DNA of 32,000 bases from Geobacter metallireducens GS-15. GTDB taxonomy: Bacteria > Desulfobacterota > Desulfuromonadia > Geobacterales > Geobacteraceae. The DNA lies in the NCBI RefSeq assembly GCF_000012925.1, contig NC_007517.1, positions 2,130,001-2,162,000 of the forward strand, read 5' to 3'. The notes beneath the pieces were generated by a model. That model was given only the letters and a program-made list of their open reading frames with translations, searched no databases and was not told the origin of the DNA. The position numbers and the translations under genes are program-made. Below are positions 7,986-16,674 of this stretch, in pieces. The first letter of the stretch is position 1; every line of letters starts with the position of its first letter.

Positions 7986-10378
7986 TGAAAATGCCCGTCC
8001 GAGAAGGTTTTGACCGAATATCCGTTCCCGTCGCTTGCCACCTGGATCGTCCCGTTCAGGTCGGTGCGACAGACCGAAACGCCGCGCTTCCTCAGACGTG
8101 AAATGGTTTCCGGCGACGGAAGGCCGAAGCTGTTGCGGGCTCCGGCTGAAATGAGCGCCAGACGGGGGGAGGCTGCATCGAGAAAGCGGGGCGACGAAGA
8201 GTGACGGCTGCCGTGATGGGGCACCTTGAGGACCGTGCAGGCGAGTCTTTCCGGCTCGTACAGAAGCCGCTCCTCGGCATAACTGCCAATGTCACCGGTT
8301 AAGAGCATGCTGAACGTTCCATGCGTGAGCCTGAATACGAGGGAATCATCGTTTTGGTCGCTATCCGGCTCTGCAAGGGGGCGGTGTGCCGGAGCCAGGG
8401 GTTCAATCCGAACGTTGCCGACAGAAAATGGGGGAGAGGAAGAAGTAATGTATCGAACCGGAACCCGGTGAGCGGCAAGAATCTCCCGGAGCTTTGCATG
8501 GTCGCCGACTGGTGTTGTGATGCCACTTTCCCAGAACTCACCGATGGGGAACAGGGCGGCAAGAGAAATAAGCCCTTTGATATGATCGGGATGGGGGTGA
8601 GTCAGAACAACCACGTCGAGTCGGCCAATCCCCATGCTCCAGAGTGCCGGGGCCAGAAGCTGCCTCCCTACATCCATTCCGCCTTCGTGGGGAGAGCCGC
8701 CGCCATCCACGAGCATTCGTCTGCCGTCAGGGAACGTGACAAGGGTCGACTCCCCCTGCCCCACACTGAAAAAGGTGATCCTGAGTGTTTTCGATGAATC
8801 AGCCACCGCCGGCAGATGAAGCGCCAGCACAAGCCCCGCAGCCAGTGCGCAGAGGAGATAATGGATTCGCTTTCCCTTGACGAGTGAGAGCGCCAGGAGG
8901 GCAAGGTAGAGAATGAAGAGGTCCGCGAGGGTCGCGTTTCGCACAGGGAGAGGCGGAATTTGGGCCACGGTCGCCATGATTCCGTCGGAAATTCTCACCA
9001 GCCACGCGGCGATTCCAAGGAGGAATTTAGCCGCCGCAGGGAAAAGGTAAATAAGCGGCAGAGCGGAAAACCCTGCCACTACTGCTCCGTACCCCAACAG
9101 AGGAACCGCCACGAAATTTCCGACGAGCCCGGCGACCGATGCCCGGTGAAAGGTGTGAACCACCGGAAGAAGCGTGACTATGGTGGCGGCGACCGATACG
9201 GCTGCAAACAGCAGTACCTTCTTCAGTGTGCCTTCCCGTAAATCGCCAAAAGGTTCCATGCAGAGGGGCGTCAGAACCAGTATCCCCCAGATGGCAAGAA
9301 ACGAGAGCTGGAACGAGATATCGAAAAGGGCTTGGGGGTTGAACATCAGAATGCCGAAGGCGGCTGCCGTCAATGTGTTGAGGGAATCGGTCTCCCGCTC
9401 AAGGAAAAGCGCCAGGGTTACAAGGGCGATCATCACTACCGAGCGGACCGTGGCCGGAGCCAGTCCGGCAATAAAGAGGTAGAAGACGACAGGGGGGAGC
9501 GTGGCCAGAAGGACGGTGCGCCGAAGGTTCAGGTGCAGGGTGAGAAATTCACACCGAACGAGGAGGTGAAAAAGGAGATAGTGGATGGTGAGGGCGATTA
9601 CCCCGATATGGAAGCCGGAGATGGAGAGGATGTGGTTAACCCCGGCGCGGGCGTAGATATCCTCGGTGTCTTCCGTAACGAAACCACGTTCTCCCACGAG
9701 GATCGCCCTGAGCAAGCCCCCCTCGGCCGGCGCACTGCTGCCAATGAAACCGCCTAGCTCCGCGGCCAGCCGGTCAAACCAACGCTGGACCGGATGTGCT
9801 GTCGCTTCGCGGATCAGGAGTATGTCGTCGGCACTCTTGATTGACGCCGTGGCGCAGATGTTACGGTAGGCAAGGTAGCGACGGTAGTCGAATTCTCCCG
9901 GAAGCCCGAAATTTGCCGGTTCACGGATCCGGGCTTCGAGCCTTACCCGGTCGCCGGTCAGAATGGTCCCCCTCCCCTCACGAACGTAAACCAAGAGACG
10001 ACCGATGGCCGCAGTGCATTTTTCGTCCCGAATAATCCGGTCGACATTGAGAATGATTCTCATCCCCCCTTCCGAGGCTTCGGGTCGGACGCCGACGATC
10101 CCCTCAACTATGACCGGTTTCGAATCGGTACTATGCACAAGATGGTGTGGTGGGTGTACAGGGGCGAGAAACGGGTGGAGTGCAGCACTCCCCCAGACGA
10201 AAAACAGAGCGATGAGGATTATCGTGAACGGGATGCGGCTTTTGAGGAAGACAGCCGCCAGAGCGGCCACAAGGAGTCCCGGAAGGAACTGGTACGGGAG
10301 TACGATACCAAGATGGTGGGCAGAGGCAAGGCCGCCCACCATGCCGAGGAGTGGAACAAGAAGGGGCCTTCCGGTCAC
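7982..10378 (-). CDS. comEC: DNA internalisation competence protein ComEC/Rec2 (polytopic membrane protein with C-terminal metallo-beta-lactamase domain), 798 aa
   Basis: Many hydrophobic helices make up the competence domain. The C-terminal region carries the MBL signature VVVLTHPHPDHIKGL and a later HHGS. Confidence 0.85.
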   Translation of the reverse strand: MTGRPLLVPLLGMVGGLASAHHLGIVLPYQFLPGLLVAALAAVFLKSRIPFTIILIALFFVWGSAALHPFLAPVHPPHHLVHSTDSKPVIVEGIVGVRPEASEGGMRIILNVDRIIRDEKCTAAIGRLLVYVREGRGTILTGDRVRLEARIREPANFGLPGEFDYRRYLAYRNICATASIKSADDILLIREATAHPVQRWFDRLAAELGGFIGSSAPAEGGLLRAILVGERGFVTEDTEDIYARAGVNHILSISGFHIGVIALTIHYLLFHLLVRCEFLTLHLNLRRTVLLATLPPVVFYLFIAGLAPATVRSVVMIALVTLALFLERETDSLNTLTAAAFGILMFNPQALFDISFQLSFLAIWGILVLTPLCMEPFGDLREGTLKKVLLFAAVSVAATIVTLLPVVHTFHRASVAGLVGNFVAVPLLGYGAVVAGFSALPLIYLFPAAAKFLLGIAAWLVRISDGIMATVAQIPPLPVRNATLADLFILYLALLALSLVKGKRIHYLLCALAAGLVLALHLPAVADSSKTLRITFFSVGQGESTLVTFPDGRRMLVDGGGSPHEGGMDVGRQLLAPALWSMGIGRLDVVVLTHPHPDHIKGLISLAALFPIGEFWESGITTPVGDHAKLREILAAHRVPVRYITSSSPPFSVGNVRIEPLAPAHRPLAEPDSDQNDDSLVFRLTHGTFSMLLTGDIGSYAEERLLYEPERLACTVLKVPHHGSRHSSSPRFLDAASPRLALISAGARNSFGLPSPETISRLRKRGVSVCRTDLNGTIQVASDGNGYSVKTFSDGHFH

Positions 10379-10386
10379 TCAGGCCC

Positions 10387-11583
10387 CTAACGTGTCGGAC
10401 GAATACGGCTCAAATCTTTCCGGAGTTGAGTTTCAAGCTCTACCCGCGGAACAGTTGCCGTCGGCTTTTTGTTCCCGAGCCCAATCGCTGCGAGATAATC
10501 GGCCGGAGAGGACGAGCGTGCGGTGAGTTCGACGACGTCGGCACCGCCACGGGGGGGGAGTTGGATTTTCAGGGTATGGGTCCCTTTCGTCAGGCGCGTA
10601 ATCCCCAGATCGTACCAGTTGAGGTACGGTTTCCCATCCCACTGTATCCGCTTTCCGTTGAAATCGGTCATGAGCTTGCCACCGAGAAGCCGAACGCGAA
10701 CACCATATACCCCCGTTGCTGCCACATCGAGGGGGAGTTCGAGGGATGCGCCATCCGCCCCTACCCGCGCCCATGTCGGCGCCACATGGGTTCCAAGGTA
10801 ATCGACCGAAGTCAGATTGACCGACGACGGAAGAGTTTTGACGTTCTGGAATGCAAGGATTTGAGGCTTAGTTCCCGGCGCAACGGCAAACTCTTTCTCA
10901 AGATTGAGGGCCGCCGCTACGGCTTCGGCATAATCACCCCAGGTAAGGGGAGCATCGGCGTGCCAGCCATCAAGGGGCTCAATGGCCGGATGATCACCGG
11001 AGGCAACAAGCGTAAAAGCATCAACTCCTCCTTCAGGAGGCAGCAAGACCGATATTCCCTGACGTCCCCCCTTGAGGAGCACCGTTCCCGCCTCAACCTC
11101 ACGGAGACTTCCGCCTGTGCTCACCGTGAATTCTTTTCCCCCTGCCAGCCAACGCTGGCCATCACCCCGAGACACAACCCTCAAGAGGTATTCACCGCCG
11201 CGGGGGATGAAGACCGTAAAGTGGACAGTTGTCGGAGCGGCGATACCACTGAGCCAACCGGTTCCCGAGAATGGGCCGTGGAGTGGATAATTCCGGAACG
11301 TGACGCTATCGCCCTGCACGTCATAGACGTCTTCAGCCTCAAAGCGAAAAGTGCGTTTCCCGCTCAGGACAGTCAGATAATCAGCTGTTTTCGGTTCAGG
11401 TGGCAGTCCCTCCTGCCACCCCAATTCCTTCACGAGGGTTGCAGCAAACTCTCCCTGGGTGACGATATCCGCAGGCGCCGATTCGGCCAGGAGTTCGCCG
11501 CGAACCACCAGAACCATGGCGACAACCAGAAGAACCAGTGAAAAAAACGACTTCAGAGAAATTATCCGCCATGATGCGATCAT
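10387..11583 (-). CDS. Secreted or membrane-anchored hypothetical protein with two tandem beta-sandwich-like repeats, about 398 aa
   Basis: GGAGG lies 6 nt upstream of the ATG at 11583, so the ORF-track start at 11727 is probably too long. The N-terminal hydrophobic signal or anchor is MIASWRIISLKSFFSLVLLVVAMVLVV. An internal duplication is visible (...LLKGGRQGISVLLPPEGGVDAFTLVA versus ...LTKGTHTLKIQLPPRGGADVVELTA). The stop is 8 nt before the comEC start. Confidence 0.6.
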   Translation of the reverse strand: MIASWRIISLKSFFSLVLLVVAMVLVVRGELLAESAPADIVTQGEFAATLVKELGWQEGLPPEPKTADYLTVLSGKRTFRFEAEDVYDVQGDSVTFRNYPLHGPFSGTGWLSGIAAPTTVHFTVFIPRGGEYLLRVVSRGDGQRWLAGGKEFTVSTGGSLREVEAGTVLLKGGRQGISVLLPPEGGVDAFTLVASGDHPAIEPLDGWHADAPLTWGDYAEAVAAALNLEKEFAVAPGTKPQILAFQNVKTLPSSVNLTSVDYLGTHVAPTWARVGADGASLELPLDVAATGVYGVRVRLLGGKLMTDFNGKRIQWDGKPYLNWYDLGITRLTKGTHTLKIQLPPRGGADVVELTARSSSPADYLAAIGLGNKKPTATVPRVELETQLRKDLSRIRPTR

Positions 11584-11721
11584 GGTAATCCTCCGCATGT
11601 ACTCAAAAAATTGCGTTATCTCATATAGCACAGGTACTTGTATTTGCCAATTGGCATGTGTGATGATATTAATATATAAGTCGCACTTGGTTCCTGCAAC
11701 AAACATCTGACTCACGAAAGG

Positions 11722-13047
11722 ATGCAATCTCGTGATCGTTCACAGGGAATTCCGAAACATAATAATTCCCTACTGTGGAGAGCCCAATTGAATCCCCCTC
11801 TACGTGTACTCATAATCGAAGACTCTGAAGACGATTGTTTTTTCCTCATCAGGGCACTCAAAAAAGAGTACGAAATCACCCACGAACGGGTTGACACGGA
11901 AGATGCTCTTCGCAAGGCGCTCATCGGCGAGAAGTGGGATATTGTTCTGTCCGACTACTTCATGCCCCAGTTCGATGCGTTGGCTGCGCTATTGATTCTC
12001 CAGGAGATGAATCTGGATCTCCCGTTTATAATCGTTTCCGGCAGGATAGGCGAGATAGAAGCGGTCAAGGCGATGAAGGCCGGCGCCCACGACTATATCA
12101 TGAAGGGAGATTTTACCCGTCTCATGCCTGCCATACGCAGGGAACTGCGTGAGGCCGTCATACGCGAAGAACGTCGCCGGGCTGAGAGAGATCTGCGGGA
12201 ACAGCTCCACTTCAGACAGGTGCTCATCGACTCCATCCCCGCCCCCATTTTTTTCAAGAACACTAACGGGGTGTTTCTGGGGTGCAACAAGGCCTTCGAG
12301 TCGTTCTCAGGCCTTGTCCAGAACGAGGTTATCGGCAAAACCATGGCTGATCTTGCCTCGAACAGCATTTCCGAACGGTTCGTTGAAGCCGACAAAGAGT
12401 TGTTTCAGCATGGAGGCACTCAAATCTATGAAAGCTCCATTTCCTTTGCCGACGGAGCTCTCCACGACGTCATCTTCTATAAAGCCACCTTCAACAACAT
12501 CGACAACACCCTCGGCGGGCTCGTCGGTACGATCCTCGACATTACCGAGCGCAAACAGACAGAGGAAAAGCTCCGCTACATGAGCACCCATGATCCGCTT
12601 ACCGGCCTCTACAACCGGGCCTATTTCCAAGAAGAACTCGAACGTCTCGAGCAGGGGCGTCAGTTTCCGGTAAGCATCGTGGTCAGCGATATCGACAAGC
12701 TCAAGTACGTCAACGACAGCCTGGGCCATGCAGCAGGGGATGATCTGATAACCCGGGCCGCCCTGATACTCAAAGGGGCTTTCCGCGCTGAGGACGTTGT
12801 GGCGAGAATCGGTGGCGACGAGTTCGCTGTTCTTCTCCCAACTGCCGACGCGGTGGTCGTGGAAGAGGCTCTCACACGGGTGATGTCGAAAATCGAGGCG
12901 AGCAATACCCCCGACGTCTCCTTCGCGCTCAGCATGTCTTTTGGTGCGGCTACCGCCTCGAAGGGGGAGCGGCTGGAGGAAACCCAGAAGCTTGCCGACA
13001 AAAGAATGTATCAGCACAAGTTCAAGAAGAACCACACGGCTGCCTAA
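11722..13047 (+). CDS. Response regulator receiver-PAS-GGDEF diguanylate cyclase (canonical)
   Basis: Receiver (RVLIIEDSEDD, DIVLSDYFMPQFD, K in IMKG). PAS (IDSIPAPIFFKNTNGVFLGCNKAFESFSG). GGDEF domain with canonical Asp (VNDSLGHAAGDDL), RIGGDEF and an RxxD I-site (RAED). The start is ambiguous. ATG 11722 has a poor RBS. TTG 11788 is preceded by GGAGAG at 5 nt and would give a typical receiver N-terminus (LNPPLRVLIIED). Confidence 0.85.
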   Translation: MQSRDRSQGIPKHNNSLLWRAQLNPPLRVLIIEDSEDDCFFLIRALKKEYEITHERVDTEDALRKALIGEKWDIVLSDYFMPQFDALAALLILQEMNLDLPFIIVSGRIGEIEAVKAMKAGAHDYIMKGDFTRLMPAIRRELREAVIREERRRAERDLREQLHFRQVLIDSIPAPIFFKNTNGVFLGCNKAFESFSGLVQNEVIGKTMADLASNSISERFVEADKELFQHGGTQIYESSISFADGALHDVIFYKATFNNIDNTLGGLVGTILDITERKQTEEKLRYMSTHDPLTGLYNRAYFQEELERLEQGRQFPVSIVVSDIDKLKYVNDSLGHAAGDDLITRAALILKGAFRAEDVVARIGGDEFAVLLPTADAVVVEEALTRVMSKIEASNTPDVSFALSMSFGAATASKGERLEETQKLADKRMYQHKFKKNHTAA

Positions 13048-13100
13048 AACCTTCCTCCGTCCCCCCTGTCGGTAACCGTTCAATCCCTCAAAAATACAAT

Positions 13101-13122
13101 GCCGGGGCACCGGCAAATTTTT
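13101..13122 (+). terminator. Weak hairpin terminator candidate after the Rec-PAS-GGDEF gene
   Basis: GCCGG-ggca-CCGGC (13101-13114) followed by AAATTTTTAT. The stem is short, so the call is tentative. Confidence 0.3.
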
Positions 13123-13211
13123 ATCGTAGAGTTAAACTTTCTGCATAAAACGCCGAAAAGATACAAGGGGAGCGACGTAATGAAATTTCTCCGGATCAGA
13201 CGGAGCATGAA

Positions 13212-15164
13212 ATGACGGTGGCCGTAAACCCTTCTTCTCTTCGAGTCCTCATCATCGATGACTCTCCTTTCGATACCGAACTGGTAATTCGCGAGCTCAA
13301 CAGTTGTTTCATCACCCATTTCCGCAGAGTAGACACGGCGGAAGAAATGCTCGATGCCCTTGCAAGCGCGACGTGGGATATCGTGATTTCAGACTACGTG
13401 ATGCCCAGCTTCAGCGGCCTCAATGCCATCGCCCTCCTCAGGAAGGAGGGATACACGACGCCGCTCATCGTGGTCTCAGGCAAGATTGAAGATGAGGCCG
13501 CCGTAGAAACCATGCGGGCCGGTGCCAACGATTACATCCTCAAGGACAATCTTGCGCGACTGGTTCCTGCCATCCGGCGCGAGCTTGAGGAATCAGAGGT
13601 CAGGCGGCAGAAAAAGAAGGTCGAGGATGAGCTGCGCAAGCTATCCCATGCCGTGGAGCAGAGTCCGGTATCCATCATTATCACCGACCAAAACGGCACC
13701 ATAGAATACGTGAACCCTAAATTCACCCAGGTTACCGGATATGGCGTCGACGAGGCCGTAGGGCAGACCCCGCGTATTCTCAAATCGGGCAAAATGCCTG
13801 ACAGCGAGTATCGGCGCCTCTGGGAAACAATCACCTCCGGCCGCGAATGGCATGGCGATATAATCAACAAGAAAAAGAACGGTGATCTGTTCTGGGAACG
13901 GGCATCTATTTCGGCCATCAAGGATGCCGAAGGTGTCATAACCCATTTTGTTGGAGTGAAGGAAGATATCAGCGAACAGCGACGGACAGAACTGGCACAC
14001 AAACAGGCCATGAACCAACTCCGCCAGGCCCAGAAGATGGAAGCCATTGGCCAATTGGCAGGGGGTATCGCCCATGATTTCAACAACCTTCTTACCGTAA
14101 TCAACGGTTACAGCACCATGCTGCTCCACGAGATGCCGGTCGACGACCCCTTCCGCTCCGAGGTTAACGAGATCCTCAAGGCCGGCGAGCGGGCTGCCGA
14201 CCTCACCCACCAACTCCTTGCCTTCAGCCGCCGCCAGATGCTTGAGCCCAAGGTGATCAACATCAACCATCTGGTCAGAAACATGGAGAAGATGCTGAAG
14301 CGGCTGATCAGGGAAAACATCGTCATGCATGCCAGTCTTTACGAGCAACTTGGCGTTGTGAAGGTTGACCCGGGACAGGTGGAGCAGATCATCATGAATC
14401 TGCTGGTGAACGCCAGAGATGCTCTGGGTAACGGCGGCATCATAACCATCGAAACTGCCGATGTCTATCTGGACAAGACGTTTGTAAACGAAAACCCAGG
14501 GGCGGTTGAAGGTAATTATGTCATGTTGGCGGTTCACGACAACGGAGAGGGGATGACCGAAGAAACCAGGCGCAAGATCTTCGAACCCTTTTTCACCACC
14601 AAGGGGCAGGGAAAAGGGACCGGCCTCGGTCTCGCCACAGTGTACGGCATCGTCAAACAGAGCGGCGGATACATTCAGGTAGCCAGCGAACTTGGCCAGT
14701 GGACATCGTTTCGGGTGTATTTCCCCCGCGTCGATTCCGAAGCATGGCAGGAAGAAACCGTTACAAGTCACGAAGGGCCAAAGGGTAATGAAACTATCCT
14801 GGTTATTGAAGATGAAATCGGTGTGCTGAACCTCACCGCCCATACCCTGAAACGGAATGGCTACGAAGTGCTCCAGGCGAGTTCCCCCTCTGAGGCGAGT
14901 AGAATCTTTTCCACCAACCACCACCGGATTGATCTTGTCCTCTCCGATGTTATCATGCCCGAAAAAAATGGCCCAGCGCTGGTGCGGGAATTCAGGGAGA
15001 AACTCCCTGATCTAAAAATCCTATTCATGTCGGGTTACACGGATGATACGATATCGTCCCCACAAATTATCGATGAGCACGCAGCCTTTATCAACAAGCC
15101 TTTCACGCCCGATGTGCTGGTCGAACGTGTGCGGGATGTCCTTGAGGGCCGGCTGAATATGTAA
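13212..15164 (+). CDS. Hybrid sensor histidine kinase: receiver-PAS/PAC-HisKA-HATPase-receiver, 650 aa
   Basis: N-terminal receiver ([26 protein letters not shown]). PAS/PAC ([24 protein letters not shown]...GVKEDISEQ). H-box [15 protein letters not shown]-box [10 protein letters not shown]-boxes DNGEGM and GTGLGLA. C-terminal receiver ([22 protein letters not shown]). Confidence 0.92.
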   Translation: MTVAVNPSSLRVLIIDDSPFDTELVIRELNSCFITHFRRVDTAEEMLDALASATWDIVISDYVMPSFSGLNAIALLRKEGYTTPLIVVSGKIEDEAAVETMRAGANDYILKDNLARLVPAIRRELEESEVRRQKKKVEDELRKLSHAVEQSPVSIIITDQNGTIEYVNPKFTQVTGYGVDEAVGQTPRILKSGKMPDSEYRRLWETITSGREWHGDIINKKKNGDLFWERASISAIKDAEGVITHFVGVKEDISEQRRTELAHKQAMNQLRQAQKMEAIGQLAGGIAHDFNNLLTVINGYSTMLLHEMPVDDPFRSEVNEILKAGERAADLTHQLLAFSRRQMLEPKVININHLVRNMEKMLKRLIRENIVMHASLYEQLGVVKVDPGQVEQIIMNLLVNARDALGNGGIITIETADVYLDKTFVNENPGAVEGNYVMLAVHDNGEGMTEETRRKIFEPFFTTKGQGKGTGLGLATVYGIVKQSGGYIQVASELGQWTSFRVYFPRVDSEAWQEETVTSHEGPKGNETILVIEDEIGVLNLTAHTLKRNGYEVLQASSPSEASRIFSTNHHRIDLVLSDVIMPEKNGPALVREFREKLPDLKILFMSGYTDDTISSPQIIDEHAAFINKPFTPDVLVERVRDVLEGRLNM

Positions 15165-15181
15165 ACGCGAGAGGAGCTCCT

Positions 15182-16234
15182 GTGCTACCCACCATCTTGA
15201 CTGTCGACGACGAGGAAATGATCAGAGACCTTATGGTTACGGCCCTTTCCCGTGAGGGATACCGTTGCTTTCAAGCCGGCAGCGCCGAGGAGGCTCGTTC
15301 CGTCCTCCAGAACAACAAGATTGATCTCGCGATTCTCGACATCATGATGCCCGGGCTTTCGGGCGATGACTTTCTCAAGGAACTCAAAGTACTGAGTCCC
15401 GAGACCGTGGTGCTTATGGTAACAGCCCTGAGTGACACGGAAACAGCCATGAAGTGCATCCACCTCGGGGCCTACGATTATATCCTCAAGCCCTTCGATA
15501 TCGACCGGGTACTCCTTACTATCCACAACGCCCTGGAAAAACAGCGTCTCCTCGCCGAGAACCGGGAATACCAGGCCAATCTGGAGAAAAAAGTCGACGA
15601 GCAGACCCGTCAGATTCGCATGGCCATGGAAGACCTGAACCTCGCCTACAATCATACCCTGACGGCTCTCGTGAGGGCGCTCGATGCCCGCGAGAAGGAA
15701 ACTGGCTCCCACTCGGAGCGGGTTATGACTTACACCCTGCTCCTCGGGGAGGCCATGGGCGTCCCTGAGAAGGATCTGAGTGTCATGGCGCGGGGAGCAC
15801 TTTTGCACGACATCGGCAAGGTCGGCATCTCCGACAATATACTCCTGAAACCTGCCAAGCTCGATGAACGCGAATGGATGGAGATGATGCGCCATCCCCA
15901 ACTCGGCTACGAGATCCTCTCGGGAATCAAGTTTCTCAAGGGACCAGCCGAAATAGTATTTGCACACCATGAGCGGTTCGACGGCAGCGGTTATCCAAAG
16001 GGACTTTCCCGAAGCGGCATTCCCCTTGGCGCTCGCATCTTCTCCCTGGTGGATACCCTTGATGCCATGACGTCGGACAGACCTTACCGCAAAGCGCTCC
16101 CCTTCGAGGCGGTCACCAGCGAGGTGAGACGTTGCAGGGGAACCCAGTTCGATCCGGAGATCGTCGACATTTTCCTCTCGATTCCCCGTGAGCGGTGGGA
16201 AGTCGTCGGGAAGAGGCATTTCATCGTTGGCTAG
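15182..16234 (+). CDS. Response regulator receiver-HD-GYP cyclic-dinucleotide phosphodiesterase, 350 aa
   Basis: GTG start with GAGGAG 5 nt upstream, 17 nt after the kinase stop. Receiver (ILTVDDEE, DLAILDIMMPGLSG, K in ILKPF). HD-GYP motifs HSERV, LLHDIGK and HHERFDGSGYP. Confidence 0.9.
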   Translation: MLPTILTVDDEEMIRDLMVTALSREGYRCFQAGSAEEARSVLQNNKIDLAILDIMMPGLSGDDFLKELKVLSPETVVLMVTALSDTETAMKCIHLGAYDYILKPFDIDRVLLTIHNALEKQRLLAENREYQANLEKKVDEQTRQIRMAMEDLNLAYNHTLTALVRALDAREKETGSHSERVMTYTLLLGEAMGVPEKDLSVMARGALLHDIGKVGISDNILLKPAKLDEREWMEMMRHPQLGYEILSGIKFLKGPAEIVFAHHERFDGSGYPKGLSRSGIPLGARIFSLVDTLDAMTSDRPYRKALPFEAVTSEVRRCRGTQFDPEIVDIFLSIPRERWEVVGKRHFIVG

Positions 16235-16312
16235 TCTTTCCATCTCTTATCAGCGCAGAAACAGTCAGACCTCCCCCCTGGCCACTATCGTTTTTCGGCC
16301 GTAAACGGGAAA

Positions 16313-16335
16313 GGGCCGCCCAGAATGGACGGCCC
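16313..16335 (-). terminator. Hairpin terminator candidate between convergent genes
   Basis: GGGCCG (16313-16318) pairs with CGGCCC (16330-16335). On the minus strand TTTCCCGTTT follows, so it most likely serves the fbp / acidic-protein transcript. Confidence 0.4.
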
Positions 16336-16375
16336 ACGGTGAAAACCTGGCGCGAAACGCACTACAAACCTTATC

Positions 16376-16645
16376 CTAATCCTCATCCTCTTCGCCATAC
16401 TCGTCGACGCCGAACGCCTCGTCATACCCAAGGTCGTCGGCACCTTCAACATCGTCGAGCTCATCGGCAAAATACTGTTCAGGGGAGCGGTCATCATCAG
16501 CTATGGCCTCGAACCGGGCCAGGATATCCCCCTTGGTGCAGTAACGTCCGTCTCGGTGACCGCAGACATCAACCGGTCCCTTGTCGCACAGATCAAAGAG
16601 TTGGATCTCGGTGCAAAGTCGTTGCTGTTTCGCATTTTCTTCCAT
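16376..16645 (-). CDS. Small acidic cysteine-containing hypothetical protein, about 89 aa
   Basis: The ORF lies directly downstream of fbp. The ORF-track TTG start at 16678 overlaps the fbp stop. I prefer ATG 16645, which has GAGG 5 nt upstream. Four Cys are spaced C-x9-C-x7-C-x6-C. The C-terminal tail is extremely acidic (DDLGYDEAFGVDEYGEEDED). I do not recognise a family. Confidence 0.5.
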   Translation of the reverse strand: MEENAKQQRLCTEIQLFDLCDKGPVDVCGHRDGRYCTKGDILARFEAIADDDRSPEQYFADELDDVEGADDLGYDEAFGVDEYGEEDED

Positions 16646-16674
16646 GAAAGCCTCGTAGTTAATCGAAATCACTG

